From Hypanus sabinus (lineage: Eukaryota), in NCBI RefSeq assembly GCF_030144855.1, contig NC_082707.1, forward strand, positions 129,890,001-129,954,000: 64,000 bases of DNA, written 5' to 3'. Both the position numbers and the translations under genes were made by a program. How positions within the stretch are numbered: position 1 is the first letter of the stretch; every line of letters starts with the position of its first letter. The notes beneath the pieces were generated by a model, which was not told where the DNA came from, did no database searches, and was given only the letters and a program-made list of their open reading frames with translations. Below are positions 38,661 to 51,014 of the stretch, piece after piece.

Positions 38661-39089
38661 ACTATTTATACATTTATGTTAAATTAATTATATATTTAAC
38701 CATCTCAGATCATTTATACAAAAATACATTTTATATGTATAATTCAAAGTGAGAAGGTAGCCAGGGAAAAGGTACATAGGACAAGAAGGGAATCTTTGCA
38801 TCAGTATTCACCAGGTGAAGGATATGGGTAATGGTGAGATCAGTGAGGGGGTTTTGACATTAAGGAGGTAGCATTAGATTTCTTGAAAAATATTAAGGTG
38901 GACAAATCCTCAGGGCCTGCTGGAACCTATCCCTGTGAGGTCCCCTAACACTGGAGAATAGATAAATGGTATCATTTGTGCTCATCAAGAAAAACATCTC
39001 CCAAAAAGTTTGATTGAATTCTTAAAGTTGCAAATATCATTTTTGAGAGTAGAACAATGGAAATTGACAACATGGACTTTGGTAAAGTA

Positions 39090-40533
39090 CAGTGGTGCTA
39101 GAAAGCTTGTGAACCCTGTAGAATATTCTGTTTCCGCATAAATATGACCTAAAATGTAATCAGATCCTCATGTTCTAAAACTTGATAAATAGAACCCAAT
39201 TAAATAACACAAAAAACATTTTACTTGGTCATTTATTTATAGAGAAAAATGATCCAATATTACACATCTTTTTTGGGAAAAGTATGTGAACCTCTGGGTA
39301 ATACCTTCTACAAAAGCTATTTGGAGTCAGGTGTTCCAATCAATGAGATGAGATTTGAGGTGTGGGTTGTAGAGGTGCCCTGCCTTTTAAAAAAGATGCA
39401 TAAAGTTAGGTTACTGATAGAGCCTGCTCTTCTCAAGAAAGTTCTGTTTATGCGCACAATGCCTCAATCAAAACAACCTTCAGAGGACTTAGAAGAATTG
39501 TGAAGATGAATCAAGCTGGAAAAGGCTACAAACGCATTTCTAAAGACCTGACTGTTCGTCAGTCCACAGTAAGGGAAATTGTCTACAAATGGAGGAAAGT
39601 CAGTACTGTTGCTATTCTCCATAGGAGTGGGTATCCTACAAAGATCACACCAAGAGCACAACATACAATGACAGAGGTGAAAAGTAGACCCAATGGCAAC
39701 CTGTAGGAATCTCTCGAGCTTGCTGAAGTCCACTATAAGAAGAATACTGACCAAGGACGGTGTTCATGAAGACCATTGCTGCATGTCTCAAGTTTGCAAA
39801 ATACCACCTAGATGTTCTACAATGCTTCTGAAACAGTGTTCTGTGGACAGATGAGACAAAAGTTGAACTTGTTGGCAGAAACGCACATTGCTCTGTTGAC
39901 TACACACCAACACCACAACCTCATCCCTACTGTGAAGCATGATGGAAGTAGTATCATGGTTTGAGGCTGCTTTGCTGCCTCAGGACCTAGACAGCTTGCA
40001 ATCATTGAGAGAATAATGAATTCAAAATTGTACAGTAGAATTTTACAGTAGAATGTTAGGGTAACAGCCTGTCACCTGAAGCTTAATAGAAGTTAGATAA
40101 TGCAACAAGGCAATAATCTGAAAGACAAGAATTAATCAACAACAGAATAGTTGAAAAAGATGAAAATTCGTGTTTGGAATGGCCCAGTCAAAACCTGATC
40201 TTAATCATTTAAAAATGTTGTGGAAGGACCTGAAGCAAGCAGTTCATGCAAGGAATAATCCAGAGTTGAAGCAGTTTTGTAAAGAGGAATGGCCTAAAAT
40301 TCCTCCAAGCCAATGTTTATGGCTGATCAACAGTTAATAGAAATGTTTAGTTGAAGTTATTGCTGTACAAGGGTGTCATACCAGTTACTGAAAGCAAAGG
40401 TTCACATACTTTTTCCAACAAATACCTGTAATATCTCAATAAATATACTAGTGTTTGTTTGCATTATTTATTTAATTGGGTTCTCTCTATCTAATTTCAA
40501 GACTGGTGTGAATATCTGATCACATTTTAGGTC
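39090..40533 (+). mobile_element. Tc1/mariner transposon, near full length, pseudogenised transposase
   Basis: TA|CAGTGGTG start; MPQSKQ..AGKGYKRISK, WTDETKVEL and VKHDGSSIMV motifs; inverted repeat GACCTAAAATGTAATCAGAT / ATCTGATCACATTTTAGGTC with the right TIR truncated. Confidence 0.9.
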
Positions 40534-40534
40534 C

Positions 40535-41210
40535 CACAGATCCTGATGATCCTGCGAATTTGCTCTGAGGCCAACGTGAAAGCATTAATCATCAGGGTGA
40601 ACCCATGGAAAGCATAGGCCCAGACTGGGTACCTGGTCAAGTACTAAAGACGTGCTGATCAGCTGGCAGGAGTGTTCACCGCTATCTTAAACTTCTCACT
40701 TCGGCTGTCTGAGGTACCCATCTGTTTCAAGCAGGCTTTAATTATACCAGTGCCTAAGAAGAACGTGGGTAATCTGTCTCAATGACTATCATCCAGTAGC
40801 ACTTATAACCGCTGTTGTGAAGTGCTCTAAGAGGCTGATATCAACTCCTGCCTGAGAGGTGACTTAGATCTGGTTCATTTTGCCTACCATCACAACAGGT
40901 CAACAGTAGATACCATTTCATTGGCTCATCACTCAACCCTGAAACATCTTAAGTGTGAAAATTCATACATCAGGATGCTCTTCATTGACAGCAGCTCAGC
41001 ATTCAATACTACCATCCATCAAAAACGAATCAATAAGCCCCAATACCTGGGTATCAATACCTGTGTTACTGGATCCTCAATTGCAGATCCCAATCAGTTC
41101 AGACTGGCAAAATCATCCCCACAATCTCCCTTAGCATAGGTGGACTTGAACAGAAAAGCCTACAAAAGTAGTGGCTACAGCCCAGTCTATCACAGGGAAA
41201 ACACTCCCCT
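40535..41210 (+). mobile_element. Rex1/Babar-like LINE RT fragment abutting the gene A exon 1 donor
   Basis: LNDYHPVAL and YIRMLFIDSSSAFNT motifs. Confidence 0.8.
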
Positions 41211-41220
41211 CTTTGCTTAC

Positions 41221-41785
41221 CTGGAGGCAGAAACAAACTGCCTCTTATCCTGCCTTCCCTTAACCTAATCCAGCGGACTCCGGGTTTGCTGTACCACCTG
41301 TCGACAGCCTGCTTGGCCAGGACCTGCCCAGGGATCATTCCGGCCTGCGTGTGGCCCGAGTGCAAGGACAGGTCGACTCGCAGGGGCCTGCCAGTCAGAT
41401 TGGTGCAGGGCCTTAACTTCTGATAGGGCATCTCCATACTAGCGGGAGAAAGGGTCCACAAGAGCCCCATGGGCACCACGCCCAGGTAGTCGCCGCCCAA
41501 AGAGGGGGAGCGGCTGACGTCCAGCAGGCCGCGATCGTCGGCGCGGTACTGGGCGCTAGAGTCGAACATCTGCTCGCTCTCGGTGTGCACCAGGGCTCGC
41601 AGCGTGACCTCCTGGTGCGGCGACAGCCCCGCCGCACGGATGCACACCGGCTCGTCCGCCAGGCTCTGCTGCGGCGTGACCGAGAGCGTGGCTGCACCGC
41701 GCCGCCGCCGGCTGCCGCTCTGGCCCGGGCACCGCCACGCTCCGCAGCGGGCCTGCAACAGCCGCAAAGCCGTCCGCCCCAACAT
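41221..41785 (-). CDS. Gene A exon 1: acyl-CoA thioesterase / acyl-CoA:amino acid N-acyltransferase (ACOT/BAAT/ACNAT family)
   Basis: ATG at 41785 (the ORF track start at 41803 is TTG). Arg-rich leader, then TPQQSLADEPV..YRADDRG..SLGGDYLGVVPMGL..GRIRGSLFLPPG. Donor G|GTAAGC at 41221/41220. 565 nt, phase 1. CpG island. Confidence 0.92.
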
Positions 41786-43336
41786 CTCCGCCACGACAAC
41801 CAACTGAACCGACGGTGACCTTTACACCGCACGCTCACCCAACCCAAACCAACATAAAACTGGCAGGAATTAATCAAACGCAGACTTCATCGCTGGGGCG
41901 GCTGTGACAGATGCTCCAATCAGATTTCTTTTCCACCACAGTTAAGCTTTTTGTTTGCTTCCACACCTTCAAAATAATGCAGACATCTACTCACACTCGG
42001 GCTAAAACGTAGGGGTTTGTAGTCGAGGAAGATCGAGACAATGACATTTGGGGCAGTGAGAGTGGAAAATAGGAATGCAATCACGGGGTTATTGGGTGGT
42101 CAAGTAAATTTCTTGACCGGAACCCTTTTAAAACAGGAATGTTTGGCGTCTCTGTTTAATACCACAATATTCCAAAGGGAAGAAAATAACTACACTCATC
42201 AGCATTTTTATTTAAAGTGGCCACTATGAATGTTCAAAGTCTTCCGCTGCTGTCGCCCATCCACTTCAAGGTTAGACGTGTTGTGCCGTCACAGGTACTT
42301 TTCTATACCCTACTGTTGTAAGGTCTGGTTATTTGACTTACTGTCGCTTTCCTGTCAGCTTGAACAAGTCTGGCCATTCTCTTATTAATAAAGCTGTCGC
42401 TCACTGGATGTATTTTGTTTTTTTTTGCATTATTCTCTGTGAACTCAGCTTTCCCAACGTTAACTGATTTTATTTCATATTATTCTGAGATAAGTTTTCC
42501 ATATCTCAATTTTCACTCATTTCTCCCTCCCTGTTTAATGAGAAATATGCATGAACAATTAACTTAAGTTTCCTAGGTTTGACTGTTACGCATGTATCAA
42601 AAATGAGCACAAGAGGGAGCTAAACTTGAAGACACCACTCCCATCTTGTGATTGACTAATTTTGACTGCCCTTTGATTTGTGGAAACGGGAAAGCTGGTA
42701 CAAAGTTACTAATGCAATTACAGTACAAGGCCAACATAACGCCATAAATGTACAAATAAATTAACCATTACCAAAATGTCATCCTTAAATGGCTAATCAA
42801 ACTGATGTTTGTCTTCAACAATATCTCAATGTTTTATGGATTGAATCTCCGGAAAATCTCAGAGACCTTCATAGGAAAATAGAACACAATGTAATAACTT
42901 AGAACAGTGGCCAAGCCGAGATCAGGCGCAAGAGAAGAAGTGGCTCACACAGGTTGGTGAGCGTGCATTAAAAAGCAGCGCTTCATGGGAGTTTCGGTGT
43001 TTGAACAGTGGCCAATCAGAGATCAAGATTCATCAGAAAGGGCAAATAAAAATAAGACAGGGACATGCGCAGAGTGGCCTTTATTGGAATGGACAGTGTT
43101 AGAGTGGGAATTTGAAGCTTTGGGGATTTGAGGCTTAAGAGAAAGTGAAAAGCTGTAGGTAGATTTTTTTTTTCAGTTTATTTATTGGTTCTTTCTTTAT
43201 AATTGCAGTTAGAGTAGTAGGGATGCCAGGCAGGATAGTTGAATGCTTCACATGTGGGATGTGGGAAAGCAGGGAAATCTCCAATGTCCCTGATGACTTC
43301 ACCTGCAAGAAGTGCATCCAGCTGCAGCTTCTATCA

Positions 43337-43663
43337 TCCATCCATCATGTCTCCCATCCACTCCATAATATACTAGTTAGGCACAGGAGTACGTTCAACC
43401 AGACTCATTCCACCGAGATGCAACACTGAGCGTCAAAGGAAGTCATTCCTGCCTGTGGCCATCAAACTTTACAACTCCTCCCTTGGAGTGTCAGACACCC
43501 TGAGCCAATAGGCTGGTCCTGGACTTATTTCCACTTGGAATAATTTACCTATTATTATTTAATTATTAATGGTTTTATATTGCTATATTTCTAAGCTATT
43601 CTTGGTTGGTGCAACTGTAATGAAACCCAATTTCCCTCAGGATCAATAAAGTATGTCTGTCTG
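43337..43663 (+). mobile_element. Rex1/L2-like 3' fragment inserted in CR1 ORF1
   Basis: TSD TCTATCA (43330-43336 / 43664-43670); AATAAAG-(TGTC)n tail; ORF1 reads LQLLS|DCVKDLELEL across it. Confidence 0.8.
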
Positions 43664-44665
43664 TCTATCAGACTGTGTCAAGGATTTGGAGCTGGAATTG
43701 GATGAAATCTGGATCATTAGGGAGGCTGAGGGGGTGATAGACATGTAGTTACACTGAAGAGGCAGGGCACAGGAAGCTGGATGCCAGTCAGGGAGGTGAA
43801 AAAGGTTTAACAGCCAGTACATAATACCTCTGTGGCCGCTTTCCACTTTGGATACTGCTGAGAGTGATGACCTAGAAGAGGAAAGTCGCAGTGGTCAGGT
43901 CGCTGGCTCTGAGTCTGGCTTTGTATCTCAGAAAGGAAGGAGGCAGAAAAGGTGAGTTGTGGAGATAGGGGATTTGTTAGTTAGGAGAACAGAAAGGAGG
44001 TTCTATGGGCGAGAACAAGATTCCTGGATGGTATGTTGCTTCTGGGTGCCAGGGTCTGGGATACCTTGGATCGAGTCCTAAGCATTCTTAAATGGAAGGG
44101 TGAGCAACCAGAGGTTGTGGTCCATACAGGTACCAATGACATAGCCAAGAAGAGGGATGAGGTTCTGCAAAGTGAGTTTGGGGAGTTAGGTGCTAAGTTT
44201 AAGGACTTGACCTCCAGAGTTGTAATCTCATGATTGTGACATGCTAGTAAGGCCAGAAATAGGAAGATAACACAGTTTAACACTAGGATAGGAGGGAGAG
44301 CTTCAGATTTTTGGATCTTTGGGCTCTCTTCCAGGGAAGGTGGGTTGACTTTGCGGCTAAACTGGAGGGGGATTAATATCCGACCGGAAAGGTTTGTTAG
44401 TACTACACGGGGTGGGGGGGGGGGGGAAATTAAACTACAGCTGAACCAGAATGCCAGAACAGATAGTGGAATGGTTGTTGTTAATACCTCTGGCAAAGTC
44501 AGGAATCAAAAGGTTGAGGATAGTGGACTAATGTTCTGTCTTGCTAGAAGTATTGTATGAAAGGCAGATGAGCTCAGGGCATGGATCAACAAATAGAATT
44601 ATGATATTGTAGCCATTAGCTAGTCTTGGTTGCAGGAGGGACAGAACTGGTAGCTCAAATATTCT

Positions 44666-45746
44666 TTGAGGAGCTTAGGAGGATAAATGGCACCTAATAG
44701 CGACTCCTTTGCTTGCATCTTCAGAAACAGCTCTATTTTCATCTTTAATATCTCTATTTTTCCCTTTCAGGGTTCTTTTGCAGACCCTGACCTGGAGTTA
44801 CATGCTGACTACGGTTCTTGGCGGGATTGGGACCTGTTCTTGGGGTTTCACGAATGGCCATTATTTGGCATGGCAAGGGCACGGCCTAAGAGCCCTGCTC
44901 ACCTTTGGAGGACCGAGATCTCATAGCTCTGGAGATGGCTGGGGGGGAGGGGGGATGGAATTGGAGATTGGTGTCTGGGCAGAAAATCTGTGTATCATGG
45001 GAGATGGAAGATCTAAGGCTGTGTGCCCAGAGACCTGAGATCTTTGGGCACAGAGCTTGGAAAAAGCAATGCAATGGACATTTAACATTGCAAACCAGCG
45101 AGTTGTTTTTTCCCTCCTCCTTTTTTTTTCTCTCTCTGCCTGTTCTCCATCTCCCTCTGGTGCTCCCCTCCCCGTTTCTTTCTCCCTAGACCTCCTGTCT
45201 CATGATCCTTTCCCTTCTCCAGCTCTGTATCCCTTTTGCCAATCACCTTTCCAGCTCTCAGCTTCACCCCACCCCCTCCGGTCTTCTCCTATCATTTCAC
45301 ATTTTCCCCTCCCCCACTACTTTCAAATCTCTTACCATCTTTCCTTTCAGCTAGTCCTGACGAAGGGTCTTGGCCCGAAACGTCGACAGTGCTTCTTCCT
45401 ATAGATGCTGCCTGGTCTGCTGTGTTCCACCAGCATTTTGTGTGTGTTGCTTGAATTTCCAGCATCTGCAGATTCCCTCGTGTCTGTGTCTTTGCTGTTA
45501 CTTTGCTCACGCTTGAGTGCTTGGTGGTGGGTGCTGATGCTTTTATTTTTGCCAGTGGGGGGTGCGGGGATTGTTGCTTGCTGCCATTTAGCGCGGGAGG
45601 GAGGCGAACTGGGGGCGAGCTTTGGGGTTCTAACATTTAACTGTCATTCATTCTTTGAAGGCACCTCTGTTTTTGTGGATGGTTGTGAAAAAAAAGCATT
45701 TCAGGATGTATATTGTATACATTTCTCTGACATTAATGTACCTTTG
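44666..45746 (+). mobile_element. Non-coding retroposon inserted in the CR1 EN domain, itself containing a Penelope pLTR (about 45108-45485)
   Basis: TSD AAATATTCT (44657-44665 / 45747-45755). Confidence 0.75.
45354..45387 (+). ncRNA. Minimal type-I hammerhead ribozyme motif (Penelope-associated)
   Basis: GTC-CTGACGA-A-GGGT(CTTG)GCCC-GAAAC-GTC-GAC: stem I GTC/GAC, CUGANGA box, stem II, GAAA box, palindromic ACGT in place of stem III, GUC cleavage triplet ending at 45384. Confidence 0.75.
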
Positions 45747-46301
45747 AAATATTCTGAGGTTCCATTGTTTTAGACATGATAGAGCAGGAGGAATTAAAGA
45801 GGATGGGGTGACATAACTAGTCAGGGAAAATCTCATGGCGCTGTTCAGTTAGGACAGACTGGAGAACTTGTCTAGAGAGGACTTATGAGTGGAACTGTGA
45901 AATAAGAAAGGTATGACCATGTTAATGGGGCTATATTATAGTCCATCCAATAGTCTGTTGGATATAGAGGGACAAATTTGTAGAGAGATCGCAGACTGTT
46001 GCAAGAAACATAAGGCAGTGATAGGTGATTTTAACTTTCCATATATTGACTGGGACTCCTGTACTGTAAAAGACTAGATGGGATAGAATTTTTCAAATGT
46101 GTTCAAGAAAGTTTCCTTTATCAGTATAGAGAATTCCCAACATTATCTCCTATTAGGGAGTGGGACAGAAGTTTGTGTAGGGGAACATATTGCATCTAGT
46201 GAACATAATGTTATTAGTTTCAAGATAATTATGGAAAGGGTAGGTCTGGTACACGGGTTGAGATTCTAAACTGGAGAAATGACAATTTTGATGGTATAAA
46301 G

Positions 46302-47572
46302 CAGGCATGGGCAAATTGCGGCCCGTTAAGCTTTTTAATCCGGCCCGCAGAACTTGATGAAATTATATTAATAAACCTTGTTAACGTTTTTTCCCCCGCA
46401 ATTCTGGCATTTTCCCAATAGATGATGCACTCTATATACATTTGTGGTGACCCATTTCCTGGCAGATCCGAACCGGCTCACAATTAGCCAGCGTTCCGGC
46501 TAAGGGAGATAGCCTGCGGGGATTTGCGAGCACAGAGCTTTGGAGCCTCTGCACCACAGGGGGCAGGTTGAGGGAGGCTTAAAAGTGAGGGTGGGGATTT
46601 CGAATAAAGTTTTTTTCTTCGACTGCAGTTACCGACTCCGTGTCGTAATTTTAGCGCTGCATGTAGCACAACGCTACACATTGACCTTTGTTGAGGTGCA
46701 GCGTATTACTCCACATTTGCGCTTTACTCTTTGTTTGGCTCGACCTATTTGTGTGAACAGGCGTTCAGCGTCATGAACATCAACAAAGCCAGCCACAGAT
46801 CCAAGTTAACTAACCAACACCTCAGATCCATCCTGAGAATCGCCACAACAAAACTAAATCCCGGCTTTGATGCGCTGGCTAAAAAGGGAGACCAACAACA
46901 CTGTTCCTACTGAAATTAAAAATAAGTTTCTTCGTTGTGTTATGTAAAAAATGCATTTGAAAATTTTTTTTCAATAAGCCTTACATGTTACATGTCATTT
47001 CTGTTAAGTGATGGACATGAGTAGTGCGCAGGTGCACGTACGTTCTCAAAATAAAAAAATGCGCTCCAGATCAAATAATACGCTCTGCATACTGGCGCGC
47101 TGTCACTGTTCTGTCCTTGTGCTGGTCGTTGTTGAGTTTTGGCACAGGGGACAATTGAATAAGAAGGAGCAGGACAAGTAGACCTGCATCTCCTACCGTT
47201 TTTGAAATAAAGACAGGCAGGAGGAGAGTGATGATGATAATATCTTGAAGGATAACAGAATTTTCAGTGCTTTAAAATAATAACTTACTATTAAAAAAGC
47301 TGTATTTTATTCATTTAATTTTCAGTGTTTTAAAAGTCATTTCAATAAATAGCTAAATACCATGGGACTTCAAAGACAAATATTTTGTTGTAATGCATTT
47401 GTTCATTTTCAGTTGAAATTAAAGCACATGTTTTCTACATATCCCATGATATTTTATTTTATCTTATGAGGTGTATTACCAAAACACTCCATCCATCTGC
47501 TCCTGGTCCGGCCCCCCTGTCAAATTTTAGAACCCTTTGTGGCCCACAAGTCAAAAAGTTTGCCCACCCCTG
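46302..47572 (+). mobile_element. hAT (Charlie/GTF2IRD2-like) internally deleted DNA transposon
   Basis: Perfect 8-bp TSD GTATAAAG (46294-46301 / 47573-47580); TIRs CAGGCATGGGCAAA / CAGGGGTGGGCAAA; transposase C-terminus FGSTYLCEQAFSVMNINK..RSKLT (46731-46913). Confidence 0.93.
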
Positions 47573-48094
47573 GTATAAAGGATCTGGCAAATTTGGACTG
47601 GGGCAGGCTGTTTTCCAGCAAAGGTGTACCTGATAGGTAGGAGACCTTCAAAAGTAAAATTTTGAGAGTACGAAGCTTGTATATGCCTGTCAGAATAAAA
47701 GGCAAGGATAACAGGTTTAGGGAACCTTGGTTTTCGAGCTACTGAGGCCCTGTTTAAGAGAAAAATAAAAAGCAAATGCATAGCAGGTACTGGCAGGTAG
47801 GAACAAATGATACTCAAGCAAAAGAAATGCAAGAGAACACTTAAGACATAAGGAGTCGAAGAGAAGACCAGAGGTTGCTCTAACAGACAAAGTGAAGGAG
47901 AATCCCAGGGGCTTCTACAGATATGTTAAGAGCAAAAGAATTACAAAGGATAAAGTTGGTCTTTTGTAAGATCAGAATGGTAGTCCATGTGTGGAACCAA
48001 AAGAGATGGGAGAGATCTTAAATGGATTACTTTTCCATCTGTATTTACTTGGGAGATGGACACAGAGTCTATAGAAGTGAGGTAAAGCCGCAGT

Positions 48095-49635
48095 GAATTG
48101 AATTGAATTGACTTTGTTACTTACATCCTTCATACACATGGAGTAAAAATCTTTATGTTACGTCTCCAACTAAATGTGCAATTTATAGTAATTTCTAATA
48201 AATAATACATACAACAGGATAGTCAATATAACATAGAAATACAGTTGTGTCAGCATGAATAATGCAGTCTGATGGCCTGGTGGAAGAAGCTGTCCCGGAG
48301 CCTGTTGGTCCCGGTTTTTTATGCTGTGGCACTGTTTCCTGGATGGTAGCAGTTAGCAGCTAGAATAGTTTGTGGTTGGGGTGACGCAGGTCCCCATTAA
48401 TCCTTCGGGCATTTTGTACATACCTGTCTTTGTAAATGTCCTGAATAGTGGAAAGTTCACATCTGCAGATGCGCTGGGCTGTCTGCACCACCACTCTGCA
48501 GAGTCCTGCAGTTCCCATACCAGGCAGTGATGCAGCCAGTCAGGATGTTTTCAATCGTGCCTCTGTAGAAAATTCTTAGGATTAGATAGAGTGGATGGCC
48601 AGCGCCTCTTCCCCAGGGCACCACTGCTCAGTACAAGAGGGCGTGGCTTTAAGGGGTGGAAAGTTCAAGGGGGATATTAGAGGAAGGTTTTTTACTTGGA
48701 GTGGTTGGTGCGTGGAATGCACTGCCTGAATCAGTGGTGGAGGCAGACAGACTAGTGAAATTTAAGAGACTACTAGACAGGTATATGGAGGAATTTAAAG
48801 TGGAGGGTTATATGGGAGGCAGGGTTTAAGGGTCAGCACAACATTGTGCTGTATTGTTCTATGTTCTGCAAACGTTTGTATGTTTTGGGAGCCCATACCA
48901 AACTTCTTCAACTGTTTGAGGTGAAAGAGGCACTGTTGTGCCTTTTTCACCACACAGCCAGCATGTACAGACCACACGAGATCCTCGGTGATGTTTATCC
49001 CGAGGAACCCGAAACTGTTTACCTTCTCAACCCCAGATCCATTGATGTCAATAGGGGTTAGCCTCTCTCCATTCCTCCTGTAGTCCTCAACCAGCTCCTT
49101 TGTTTTTGCAACATTGAGGGAGAGGTTGTTTTCCTGATGACTTCTTCTCTGTGGGCTGCCTCATTATTTGAGATTAGGCCAATCAGTGTAGTCAGCAGTA
49201 AATTTAATTAGCATATTGGAGCTGTGGGTGGCGACACAATCATGGGTATCAGAGAGTAAAGGAGGGGGCTTAGTACACAGCCCTGAGTGACACCTGTGTT
49301 GAGGGTCTGAGGTGAGGGAACCCATTCTTACCACCTGCTGGCAATCTGACAGGAAGTCCAGGATCCAGCTACACAAGGCAGGATGAAGGCTGAGGTCTCT
49401 GAGCTTCTTGTCGAGCCTGGAGGGAATTATGGTATTGAATGCTGAACTGTAGTCCAAGAACAGCATTCTCATATAAGCATCCCTCTTCTCCAGATGTGTA
49501 AGGGTGGTGTGTAGAGCTGAGGCTGTGTCATCTGTCGATCGGTTGTGTTGGTAGGTGAATTATAGGGGGGGTCGAGTGTGGGTGGCAGCATGCTGCAGAT
49601 GTAGTCCTTGATCAGCCTCTCAAAGTATTTGCTCA
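48095..49635 (-). mobile_element. Rex1/Babar LINE (RT and 3' tail) with a nested plus-strand CR1 3' fragment (about 48583-48866)
   Basis: RMLFLDYSSAFNTI..WILDFL and VKKAQQCLFHL motifs; (GAATT)n tail on the plus strand. Confidence 0.85.
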
Positions 49636-51014
49636 TGGACCCTATACAGATTACACAGAAGGTATTTGGTGTCTTGATGCAAATTAAGGTGAATAAATCC
49701 CCAGGGCCTGATAAGGCATTTCCTCAGACCCTGTGGGATGCAAGTTGCAGAGATATTCAGATCATCCTTAGTGACAAGTGAGTTACTGGAGGATTGGAAG
49801 GTAGCTAATATTCTGCTGTTTAAGAAAGTCTCTTAAAATAAACCTGTAAATTATAGGCTGGCGAACTTGACATCAGTAGTGGAGATGTTATTGGAAGGTA
49901 TTCTAAGGGACTGGGTATGATTATTTGGGTAGACAGAGACTGATGAGGGATAATCAGCATGGCTTTGTACATGATAGGTCATATCTAACTAATTTTATAG
50001 AGCTTTTTAGGGAAGTTACCAGGAAAGTTGATGATGGTAAGTCAGTGGATGTTGTCCACATGGACTTCAGCAAAGCATCAGACAAGGTTCAGTCACTTGT
50101 ATTCAAGATGAGGTAGTAAATTGGATTAGACATCGACTTTGAAGGGAAGCCAGAGTATTAGTAGATGGCTGCCTCTGTGACTGGAAAATCTGTGTCTAGT
50201 GAAGTGCTGCAGGGATTGGTGCTGGGCCCATTATTGTCTGTCATCTCTAACAAGAAATGGATGATAATGTGATAGAATGGATCAGCAAGTTTGATGACAA
50301 AAGGATTGAGGATGTAGTGGACAGCAAGGAAAATCAATCAAAGCTTGCAGTGGGATCTGGACCAGTTGGAAAAGTAGGAGATGGAATTTAATGCAGACAA
50401 GTGTGAAGTGGTGCACTGTGGGAGGACTAACCAAGATAGGTTTTACACAGTGAGAAGTAGAACAAAAGGATCTGTGAACACAGGTCCATAATTCATTGAA
50501 AGTGGCATCACAGGCAGATAGGATTGTTAGGAAAGCTTTTGGCACTCTGGCCTTCATAAATCAAAGTATTGAGTACAGAAGTTGGGATGTTATATTGAAG
50601 TTGTACAAGACATTGATGAGTCCTAATTTGGAGTATTGTGTGTAGTTTGGTCACCTACCTACAGGAAAGATGTAAATAAGATTGAAAAAGGACAGAGAAA
50701 ATTTATAAGGATGTTGCCAGGACTGCAGGACCTGAGTTATAAGGAAAGATTGAATAGGTTAGGACCTTATTCCAGAGAATCTAAAAGATTGAGGGAGAAT
50801 TTGATAGTGGTATACAACACTATGAGGGGTATAGATAGGGTAAATGCAAGCAGAGTTTTTCCACTGAAGTTGGGTGAGGCTCCAACTGGAAGCCATGGGT
50901 TAATGGTGAAAGGTGAAATGTTTAATGAGAAGATGAAGGGAAACTTCTTAACTCAGAGGTTAGTGAGAGTGTGGAACAAGCTGCCAGTGCTAGTGGTGGA
51001 AGCAATTTCAAGTT

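Noticed and set aside
46731-46913. GTF2IRD2/EPM2AIP1-like host exon
   Set aside because: Lies between hAT TIRs with an 8-bp TSD, so it is a transposase remnant.
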